Shown: piece after piece, positions 41,390 through 53,644 of the stretch | How the letters are laid out: each line of letters opens with the position of its first letter | Numbering within the stretch: the first letter of the stretch is position 1 | DNA from: Eledone cirrhosa | Taxonomy: Eukaryota | Length of the DNA stretch: 64,000 bases | Reading direction: 5' to 3' | Assembly (NCBI GenBank): GCA_964016885.1 | Contig: OZ024741.1 | Coordinates: 383,470,001-383,534,000, forward strand | Program-made: the position numbers and the translations under genes | Notes under the pieces: model-generated | What the model saw: only the letters and a program-made list of their open reading frames with translations | Told to the model about the DNA's origin: nothing | Databases searched by the model: none

Positions 41390-43424
41390 TCTGGCTGGAT
41401 AATTACCACAATGAACTCCCACAACGCATCAAAAAAGAATTCGTGATAGAGGGACTCAAATTTATCTTGGAGAACAATTACTTCGTTTTCAATAACAAAC
41501 CCTACAGGCAAAAATCTGGGACCGCTATGGGAACGAAAACAGCCCCCACTTATGCCAACCTTGTCATGGGATACCTGGAAATCACCCTCTACACTAAAGT
41601 CCTAAACAAATTTCGAAACACTCTCCACTTACACATAGAAAGGAACTGGAAGCGATATCTAGATGACTGCTTCATCCTTTGGCACGAAAGCATCGAGAAA
41701 CTTAAAGAATTTCACACCCTTATAAATGGGCTCAACACGAATATTAACTTCACGATGGAATACAGCCATCAGCAACTCCACTTCCTCGACATCCTCATTA
41801 AGATCCATAACAAAAAAAAATAGAAACAGACATATACTACAAGCCCACAGGCTCCAAGCAATATCTTCCTTTCAACTCTTGCTACCCTAGACACGTTAAA
41901 ATTAATATTCCCTACAACTTAGCCAAGAGAATCTGTACTATAGTCTCCAATAAAAACACCTGCTACTTACGGCTACAAGAACGAAAGGACACACTCATAG
42001 GCAGGGACTACCCCGCATCACTAATTGACAATGGAATCCAACTTGCCCTAAAACTCAGTACCCAGGACCTTAGACACCCTAACGTAAATCAACCGAAACT
42101 AAAAGCTCTTCCATACATCTCCACACGCAACCCCCTCAACAATGAGGCCTTTGACACCATCTTCCAGAACATCCCTGTGTTGAAAAAGGACCATAGAATG
42201 AACAAAATCCTACAAACACACGATATCAGAAAGAGCAAAAGACAATCTAAGTCAATGAAAAACATCCTGACACATGCCAAAGTACTGCCAACAACAACAA
42301 CGAAACCAACAGTAAAACAATGCGATAGACCCAACTGTGGCATTTGCATCAACCTAATAGAGGGTTCGGAATTCTATTTCAAAGAAGGACAACGTTTTAT
42401 AATCAAACACAATTTCACATGTGCATCGGAAAATCTAATATATGTATTAACTTGCTCAGGTTGTTGAGAACAATACATAGGCCAGACCAAAAGCAGCCTC
42501 CGCCAACGCATGACTGTCCATTGATCCCAAATTGAAATACGGGAATACAGGAAAATACCACTGAGTGAACATATTGATACCTGTGCCGCCCAAAATCCTT
42601 CCAACTTCAGAATCTTTCCCCTCTACAAGTTTAAAGATAATGCCACCCACACCCAGCGCATCAGCAAGGAATCTTACTTTATAAACAAATACGGACCCCG
42701 TCTAAACGCTTCTCCCTAAGACGAACCCACAACATACACACGTCAACATACATACCTACATCAGCACACATCTCTACCCACATATAAACACAATGACATA
42801 CGTAAACAGACTAGTTCTATGGTGCAACACAAATATACACAAATTTGCATACCTTTTGATGTCTATAGATATAAACGTGCCGACACACACAGATACATAA
42901 ATGCACACATGCATTGCACACTGATGGGCACATACATTTTTGTGCACAGGTATTCCAATACGGCAAAGCCTAATGAATTCCCCTTGCAGTACGTGCAATC
43001 TGGACACACTCCAGATACATATTTGTACACAGGTATACAATTTCTGGACACACTCCAGATACGTGTGTGCAATTTGTGCACAGGTGTACAGTTTGTGCAC
43101 TGGTATACAATTTCTGGACACACTCCAGATATATATTTGTGCCCAGGTATTCCAATACGGCAAGGCCTTACAATCTGTACACACTCCAGATACATATTTA
43201 TGGACAGGTATACAATTTCTGGACACACTCCAGATACATTTGTACAGTTTGTGCACAGGTGTACAGTTTGTGCACAGGTATACAATTTCTGGACACACTC
43301 CAGATACATATTTGTGCACAGGTATTCCAATACGGCAAGGCCTAAGGGATCCCCTTTCAGTACGTACAATCTGGACACACACACTCACACACACCTTGGT
43401 ATTATGCCAATACTATATATCTGG

Positions 43425-43455
<31 letters not shown>

Positions 43456-43963
43456 TCTTAATAGGCATTTGAACTGTCAACAGGCTGCGGTTCGCACACA
43501 CAACACTGCTGACCATTATCACAACAACGAACACTTTACTACTACTACCACACACACACACACACACATATTTGTTGTGAAAGAGTCATTTCTCAGTCAG
43601 CCGACACAAACCTACATTTGGCGCAAAATCCATTTTTTACATTCACATGACCTCTACCGACCAATCAAAATCGTTTTGACCACAAGAATTTTTGCAACAC
43701 GAATTGGCGCGAAACTTATTTTAATATTGCTGGAGCGACCTTTTTAACATAAAAACAGGTAGAATTCCCAAAACTAATCAGATCAGAGCAAACATCACGG
43801 ACGCTCTATCTCAAAATTATTTTTGAAAAGCATTAGAAATGCGCAACCGGTAAAACTTAAAACCAAAACTGAATACTAACCAATACTATTACTAATTCTC
43901 ACTTATTCCTAATTAAACTATTTTTCACTGTGAACAATTTGTCAGCATTTTCTATTCCGTTTA

Positions 43964-43967
<4 letters not shown>
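41390..43967 (+). mobile_element. 5'-truncated Penelope-like element (Neptune-like: CxxxxCxxC linker before GIY-YIG)
   Basis: GTAMGTKTAPTYANLVMGYLE, WKRYLDDCF, LHFLDILI, TDIYYKPT, CDRPNCGIC, NLIYVLTCSGC*EQYIGQT; stop at ~42719; long 3' UTR ending in (TA)n. Confidence 0.88.
42935..43425. repeat. Mosaic tandem repeat in PLE 3' UTR
   Basis: Recurrent modules tctggacacactccagatac, tttgtgcacaggt and attccaatacggcaa in varying order. Confidence 0.85.
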
Positions 43968-44011
<44 letters not shown>

Positions 44012-44036
44012 TTTACATATACATGAACTAGACAGA

Positions 44037-44103
<67 letters not shown>

Positions 44104-44465
44104 TTTTGGCAACCATTCACGGTGTGGCTCAATGACGAATTAATTAAATAATAATCAACAATCAGAGCAATATATAAGAAAGTAATTCCATAGAATCATT
44201 TGATAAAATATATACAGTATTTCTCCTCCCAATCAGCATAATTAACCACACAAAAAAAGGAATTAAACGAGGTTATAAGTTTAAAATGTACCTATGAAGA
44301 AACAATAGATAAATAAATGATACCTATTTTATCCGCGATCAACAGCCACAGAACATTTACTTAGTATTTCTAATAGCCCGTAGAAATTGATTAGGTATAT
44401 AGCCAACCATACACAATTATGTACAAAATCAAAGTTAGAAGAAAAAATGTACATAAACATACCAA

Positions 44466-44502
<37 letters not shown>

Positions 44503-44507
<5 letters not shown>

Positions 44508-44799
44508 GTAGCTAAGATGCTTCCATAGGTGGTATGCCGGTTGAGCACTCTATGCTCCTACGGAGCAGAGTATTATAGAATGGAAAACGAAAAATCAGTG
44601 ATGCATCGGAACTCAATTTATTGTGTGTTACAATTGTTTCCCGGCGAACAACTTCGCCGGAGAAACAATTGTAGCACACAATAAATTGAGTTCCGATGCA
44701 TCACTGATTTTTCGTTTTCCATTCTATAATACTCTGCTCCGTAGGAGCATAGAGTGCTCAACCGGCATACCACCTATGGAAGCATCTTAGCTACAATTA
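44503..44799. repeat. Fold-back palindrome (~146-bp arms) of a PLE-type tail carrying the 3' half of an HHR
   Basis: Mirror about caac at 44649-44652; GAAA-caattg-TA at 44662-44673; flanked by (TA)n and (CA)n. Confidence 0.92.
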
Positions 44800-46155
<1,356 letters not shown>

Positions 46156-46192
46156 TATATATATATATATATATATTTGTATATATATATAT

Positions 46193-47134
46193 AAGAGATA
46201 TTTATTTAATAATGTCTCATATAAAATAATACAACCAGCTATCCACGAAATACTGATTAGTTAGCACCCCAAACACTAAATTGGGAAAATATTTAGGTAT
46301 ATCCTAATGTTTGTTGAGTGAGATAGAGTTGGTCAGAGTATCGCTTAAGGCTTTCTCTGTTTATGTATTGAATATATACTCATGGTGGCCAGATATGATT
46401 TCCAGATATAAGGTATGACTCTATTTATTATTATTATTTTTTATATGAAATACTGATTGATCTTCCTTGTATCCCATGTCTCATTTAGCCTTAGAGAATC
46501 TCTATGTGTGTATATGGGTGATACATACATGTATTTATTATGCTTTAATATATCTATGTGTGCATTGATTGTGTATACATATAGTTATTCTTTTAATATC
46601 CAATTGAGTTCTTATACACGTGGTTAATACCTAACAGGTTTAAATGACCAGCGTGTATATTGTTTTATTTTAAGATGACCTTACCTTACCCTCTTGGGGG
46701 ACAGCGTGTATTTTATCTTTGAGAGGACTGCTGGATTTTCTAATCTACCAGTCTCTTCTTAGCGCTGAGGGAGACCATCACTATTCTATTAATGTCGATA
46801 TAATTTTTATATCGATATTATTTGGGCATCCACTGATGAGTTTATAAGGGCCCGCTTGTGTATAAAACTATTGATTATATACAAGTTTCTACATAACCTG
46901 GAAATTATTTATCCCAAATTGTAGAAATCTTATAACGAAACGGCCGTCTGGAAGGAAAGAGATATTTATTTAATAATGTCTAATATAAAATAATACAACC
47001 AGCTATCCACGAAATACTGATTAGTTAGCACCTCAAACACTAAATTGGGAAAATACTTAGGTATATCCTAATGTTTGTTAAGTGAGATGGGGTTGGTCAG
47101 AGTATCGCTTAAGGTTTTTTCTGTTTATGTATTG
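46193..47134 (+). mobile_element. ORF-less HHR element with ~178-bp terminal direct repeats (764-nt unit)
   Basis: 46193-46370 repeats at 46957-47134; HHR tcca-CTGATGA-stem II-GAAA-cggccg-TC-tgga at 46829-46952; flanked by (TA)n. Confidence 0.82.
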
Positions 47135-47149
47135 TATATATATATATAT

Positions 47150-47964
47150 ATAATTGGTGTTGGATGCTTAAAGCATCCGTATGTGGTACGCCGTTTAAGC
47201 ACTCGATGCTCTCATAGAACAGAGTATGATATCACAAAAAAAAGAGAATCAGTGTTGCGACGAATGGAATGTATTGTACATATTACAATCGTTTCTCTGG
47301 TGACCAGCTTGAGGCACGATCGATGTGATGATCGAACCTGACCCTGAAATCGCAAGGTCATCAGATACGTCTTGATTCTACGAAGCAGATTTTCCAGATG
47401 AAAAAAATAAGTTTAAACAATCTGATTCGTAGAATCAAGACGTATCTGAGGACCTTGCGATTTCAGAGTCAGGTTCGCTCATCACATCGATCGTGACTCG
47501 AGCTGGTCGCCAGAGAAACGATTGTAATATGTCTTCTAATAACACTTTCGTTCTTTCCGACAAAACTAATAATATTTACGAAGTCGACAACACCACTTTC
47601 CGCCACCTGGCCCATAACGTTATTACTTCCAAATATAAGAAAGCTATGGCCTACCACGACATTAATACAGAAGCCAAAGAACTTGCCGCCGCCCTTAAGG
47701 TAGATAAGAAGCTACAATCTCTAGCTAAGCGGGAGGCCTTCCTCTCCCTGAAAGATCACAAGGTAGACTTTACTTCTAACCCCACATGTAGACTAATAAA
47801 CTCGGCCTGTTCCGTATAACCATGTCCATTACGAGCTGAGGATCCGCTAAGGTGAAACAATTGTTCTCGGTATGGTGAACTAACTGTTGTGTAACCACTT
47901 CTACCTAACTCGTCCCATGGACTGAGTGCTCTACCACTACGGATATTACCTTCCAGTATCCTAC

Positions 47965-47968
<4 letters not shown>
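47150..47968. mobile_element. Composite PLE insertion: HHR fold-back (47278-47532) + RT fragment (47533-47806) + different HHR tail (47807-47968)
   Basis: Inverted arms 47278-47391 and 47419-47532; SDKTNNIY...AFLSLKDHK.DF..NPTCRLIN; HHR cgag-CTGAGGA-...-GAAA-caattg-TT-ctcg at 47832-47869. Confidence 0.8.
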
Positions 47969-47995
<27 letters not shown>

Positions 47996-48805
47996 GATAT
48001 ATTATATATATATATATATCAAGGTGATATATATATATTAAAAACATTCACTAAAATAAAACGTAGCCAATGTGATGGAAAAGATAGCAATAACATTGAT
48101 ACTCTCAGCACATACACATTTGAACATTATAGAAACAATTATCAAACTACATCCACCATAAACTAATAATTTTAATGCAAAAACAGGTTTGCCTTCTTGT
48201 AAACATATGTTGTTTTATGTGATACCTTTGCCTCGCAGAAATTATATATGCCTAGTACCATTGCTTGTTTCATTCCTGTATTGCATTTGCACTCTCTATA
48301 CGCTTACATATGTACTGCTAGTGTCCTCGTTTCACGATTAACACGATTAACACGATTAACCTTAATGCCTCTCTAATTGTTATACTAATCTCTGTCGCAT
48401 GCATTCCACTATGTGCCTTTTTAACTTTTAACTTTTAATTTTTAATTTTAATTATTGTACAATTCTCTTAAACCTATGTCGCATCCATTCCACTCTGTAA
48501 ATATGAAACTGTTGTTGACAACATTAATATCCATGTATCTATATGATTGTTCAGTTAAATAGGAGGTTAATTATATGTACAAACATTGCTAATGCTCCGA
48601 TGATTCCAAACGATAGTTTGGAAGAAACGATAGTCAGCAATAAAATGATTTGAACATAGATTTGATTATCGTGTAATTTATATTCCGGCGCTGTAAAACA
48701 TCTCATGTGTTTACATTGAGCTGTTTTTCTTACTGATAATAAGGTAGTAATTAAATACTGACCTTTCCTGTTTATAGTTGTATATAGTGTATACATAACT
48801 ATAAA

Positions 48806-48870
<65 letters not shown>

Positions 48871-49110
48871 GTGGCGGTTGTGTTTCCGTTAGACGTGGTG
48901 GTGGTGCCGTTGGTGGTAATACTTGTGGTGGTGGTAGTGGTGGTGGTAGTGGTAGTTAGTGATGCCGTTGGTGTTGTTGGTGATGGTGGGGGTGTTAGTG
49001 ATGGTGATGGTGAAACCACTGTTGCTGCTAAGGTTAGTAATACTTTCAGTGGTGGTGGTGCTCTTGTTTCTACTTGTGTTTGTAATGCATGTACTGGTGG
49101 TAATGATAAT

Positions 49111-49278
49111 TGTTTCTACTTTGGGCACAAGACCAGCAATTAGCCCAGTGCATTACTGGTGCTTTATTTCATCGTAAGGATGAAAGGCAAAGGTAACCTC
49201 GGCGGGATTTAAACACATAACGAAAAGGGACGTAACTCCACGTTGCAAACCATGGCGTCTGACTCTCTGCCGATACTG
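49111..49278 (-). mobile_element. tRNA-derived SINE (same family as 5902 and 37691)
   Basis: Sequence similarity over the whole body; slightly 5'-truncated. Confidence 0.8.
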
Positions 49279-49405
49279 GATAATGACGGTGATACTGGCG
49301 GTGATGTGGAGGGTGCTGGAGAAAATGTCCCCTTGGTGGTTGTGTTTGTGTTTGTGGTGTGTGTAAGAACATATCCGAGGTATTTAATATAACGGTATAG
49401 GGCGG

Positions 49406-49720
49406 TGTGAAATAAAGTGTCTTGCTCAAGGACAACGCATCACCCGGCCCGAGAATCGAACTCACAACCTCTCAATTGCAAGCCATGCGCCTTCACGTTG
49501 CTCCAGTTTACTCAGCTGTAGAAATGAGTTGCGACGTCACTGGTGAAAGCTGCATCGATCATTGATTTTCCCTTGGACAACATCGGTGGCGTAGAGAGGA
49601 GAGACTGGTATACATGGGCGACTACTGGTCTTTCACAAAAAAAAACCTTGCCCAGGCTTGTACCTCGGAGGGAAACTTTCTAGGTGCAAAACCATGGTCA
49701 TTAATGACCGAGTGGGGCCA
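49406..49720 (+). mobile_element. SINE with inverted tRNA head
   Basis: 49406-49491 on the minus strand reads ggcgcatggc...gagttcgattc...gagcaagacactttatttcac; the body continues on + from ttcacgttgctccag at 49492. Confidence 0.7.
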
Positions 49721-49724
49721 AAGA

Positions 49725-49908
49725 TAGGGTGGTGTATTGATAGTATCGTTAGGGCGTTGGACAACATGCTATGCGGCACATCGATACCACCCTTTAAATT
49801 CTGAGTTCAAATCCCACTATATAACGTTGCCTGTCATCCATACGATGTCGATAAAGTACCAGTAACACTTCCCTCAAAATTGTTGGACTTGTCCCTAAAT
49901 TAGAAACC
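49725..49908 (+). mobile_element. Older tRNA-derived SINE copy
   Basis: B-box gagttcaaatccc, core gtcgataaagtaccag, tail ttagaaacca. Confidence 0.6.
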
Positions 49909-50095
49909 ATTTAATGGTTTTGGTGCTGGATATTGGTAACGGGGGTGTTGGATATTGGTAATAGACACGATTTGGCATGTTCAATTGTAGAAGAGGTGGT
50001 GCTGTTTGTGGCTGTGGTGGGGCTAATGCTTGTGCTATTGATAGCGAGGATGTTATTATTTCAACATGTTTGGTGGTGTAGCTGGTGCTGCTCAT

Positions 50096-50127
<32 letters not shown>

Positions 50128-50800
50128 AATGATGGTGTTTATCGTGGTGGTCTCACTGCTAGTGGCAGCGATGGTGGTACAGATTGTTTTGGTAATCATG
50201 ATGGTCGTGGTAGTAATGGCAGTGTTAGTGACGCCAGTGTTTATGTTATTGGCTGTGGTAATAGTTGTAATAGTGATTAAGTGGGTACAGATGGGGGGAG
50301 TGGGGATGCTGGTGGAGGTGGAGTGGCTGTGGAGTTCCTGGAGGTTGTTTTGGTGGAACTAAGGGGAATGGTGAAGGTATTTATAGTGAAAATAATAAAG
50401 GGTGGGTGTAGTAATGGTCTTGATATGATTGTCGTATTGGTTGGCGCAGTTATCTCAACAACCCCCAAACACAAAACTATCCCTATAACTGACAAGGTGA
50501 CCGATGTTATCTTGGCAAAACAACTGCACCTATTTATACACACACATACACACATAGATGCAGTGCCAGTTACACGCATAGACACACACACAATCATATA
50601 CATTCACACACGACACATATGTATACTCCGCTAATGTACATACACTCGACTGATATACAATATTATATTCAGATGTATTTACATTAGTAAATACACAATA
50701 TGCATAGGCACACCCACACACTCAACTCATTCCGTAGACTGCACGCATATATCCTAACAGACGCATATGCATGCAAACTTTCATACTCACACCACCCATG

Positions 50801-50832
<32 letters not shown>

Positions 50833-51125
50833 CAAACATAACATACATATTTACTCACACGCAAACTATGCATGTGTACAAATACTCACATACACACACA
50901 CACACGCATACAGGATAGACCATGATAGAATCGGAAAGGCGTTGGACAAAATTACTATATCAGAGTCTCTACTAAATGTCTCCTGCGGAATATATCTATA
51001 TATATATCTATATATATATATATATATATATATGTCCCCCACCTACCCCCCACTCTCCTGAGCGTGAAATTAATAAACATTTATTGTACTGCCTCTCTGT
51101 TTTGTCCCTGTTCAAATGTTGCCAT

Positions 51126-51214
<89 letters not shown>

Positions 51215-51488
51215 GAGAGAGAGAGATACTAGAAGATGAATTAAATTAAATTTCGTTTGTGTAGACCAAATCAATTATGTTTGAGGTGAATGGTCAAAGG
51301 TAATAAGTATGGGAGATTACTTATCAAATATTTTTCTCAATGTGTTCCTTGTAGTGTGTATCAATGGTATCCAGTTAAAAAGGTTAGGGTACAATGTCCA
51401 TGAAATCACGTAGTATTTAAAAATATAAGCATGACACCAGGAAAAACAGGAAGAAGTGGTCAGAAGGAGAAATGTATTGCTTGTTCAA

Positions 51489-51599
51489 TCTTTAACATAT
51501 GTTTCTGTACAATTACATAAGCGCCTATGTACACTGACTGCATAGTCCAATGCCCAATCGTATGCGTTACGTTTTAATTATGGTACATCATCAGAGAGA
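51489..51599 (-). ncRNA. Type I hammerhead-like motif with extended stem II
   Basis: tctct-CTGATGA-tgtac...gtaca-GAAA-catatg-TT-aaaga (one stem I mismatch). Confidence 0.55.
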
Positions 51600-51699
51600 A
51601 ATTAACAAAAATGTGTTATATTCCAAGGTGAGGCTATCGCATTTATGTAATAAGCATTGTTTACTGCGGACTCTGATGCAGTTGGGGCATGTTTGTGAT

Positions 51700-53550
51700 T
51701 TGTCAGTTTGTGGTTGAGGGTGCATAGCTTTCTTCTTTGATGTCTTGTTTCAGCTGACGTCTTCCTAACATCTTCAATGTTGGCTACATATGATTTGATG
51801 GTCGCCCTGCATTTCTCTTGGTATTCTGCGAGGTGTTCCCTTTCCCTGTAAATAATATTGCCTTGGACCAGCTGGCGCTTGAGTTAGTCCTTGAAGCGTT
51901 TTCGGGGGGCCCCTAGGTTTCGGTTGCCTTGACTTAATTCGCGGTAGAAAATCTGCCTTTGGCATCCTAGAGTCGTTCATGCGCGAGATATGGCCTGCCC
52001 AGCGTTGCTGTCTCAGCATCCAATACGGATGCCCAAGATGGAACGAAAGCATCACTGATTGAATTTTTCCTGAAGCTAAAGGTTAGGCCTAGGACCTTGG
52101 CTGTCCGAGCAAAGCTGCAAACGGCCACCTGGAAATATTCCTCTGTGTGCACCAGAAGGGCACAGTCGTCTATGAAAAACAGATTGAGGATCAGCTTTTC
52201 CAGTGTTTTAGTGCGGGCGAGCAGTTGTCGCAAGGTAAAAAGACTTCCATCAGTATAGAACCGGATGTAAATGCTCTCCCACAGATCTTTCTTTGCTTCG
52301 CGGAGCATCATACTGAAGAATATTGTAAATAGGGTTGGGATAAGGACACAGCCTATTTTAACGCTACTTTCCATGGGGAATTGATCGAAGAGACCACCTT
52401 TGTGCTTCACCTGTCCATTCTGTTCTGTTGGAGTTTCTGGAGCATGTTCAGGAATTTTGGAGGACATCCATGTCTGCTGAGTATCCTCCACAGTTCATCC
52501 CTTCCGACTTTATCAAATGCATTCATCAAGTCAATGAAGGCAGCGTACAGTGCCATATATGCTCTCGATATTTTGCTTTGATCTGGTGGATCATGTCTGG
52601 GGTGCCGCGGCTGGCAAAGAATCCACATTGGCTTTCTGGTAGGACATCTACTGCAATGACTGGGACGAGTCTATTGAGAAGGACACGAGCTAGATTTTTA
52701 CCTGCGATTGAGAGTAACGTTATGACACGGGAGTTTGAGCAGTCTGATTTTTTACCATTAATATTGTACTGGGACATTATCATGGCATTTCGGATGTCAT
52801 TTCGCATCTCCCCCATCGTCTACCACTGTACAAACAGGTCCGTGAGCTTCTCAAGGAGTGAGCCATACTTGTACACCTCAGCAGGAATACCTTCAACACC
52901 AAGAGCCATGTAGGCTTTCATGCGGGTAACTTTTGTGTTTATTCCTCTAGAGAGGGTGGTGCATCCAACTCACATTTGACTTATTGCTGTGAGATTTTGT
53001 TGATCGAAGCGTCGACTACCAAGCGTCTTGAAACAGGTTGCCATAGTGAAGAAAATGCCCATAATTCAAGAAAATCAATACTGCTGAAGGAGAAATTTTA
53101 GGAAAAGGTGGAAGAAAAGCTCAACACCATTGTAGCTTACAACGCCGAACCAGATACTTTTTTGCATAACCTGGGGAGTGGGTTTCTCTACAAGGAAGAA
53201 CAAAGGCTGGTTCGACGAGAATGATGATGAGATCCAAAAGCTCATTGATGAGAATCGGTCTGCACACCAAAAAGTGCTGTGGAGCCCGAATTGCCAATCA
53301 GCCAAGTCGACACACAGGAAAACCTGCAGCAGCATAGCGATGAAGCTCAGGGAGATCCAGAATAACTGGTGGACGGAACAGGTCGGGAGTATACAGCACT
53401 ATGCAGATACTGGCAAAACCAGAGCATTCTATGAGTCACTCAGGGAAGCATATGGCCCTATTCACTAAACACAAGCCTCTCTCCGTTCAGCAGATGAGTC
53501 AGCACTGCTCACAGACAAAAGAGCCTTGCTGTACCGCTGGACCGAACACC
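51700..53550 (-). mobile_element. RTE/BovB-like LINE fragment with 5' inversion
   Basis: Minus: ITLLSIAGK.LARVLLNRL, LPESQCGF, AFIDL.NAFD.V, PTLFTIFFS, F.DDCAL, RWAGHISRM.DSRMPK; plus-strand upstream piece 53075-53550 (WFDENDDEI...RWTEH). Confidence 0.85.
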
Positions 53551-53560
53551 ATATATATAT

Positions 53561-53644
<84 letters not shown>

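Noticed and set aside
42465-42525. In-frame TGA codons in the GIY-YIG domain as possible selenocysteine
   Set aside because: They fall at non-Cys positions (C*EQ and VH*SQ, the latter an expected Arg, CGA>TGA) in a copy that is also frameshifted; no SECIS identified
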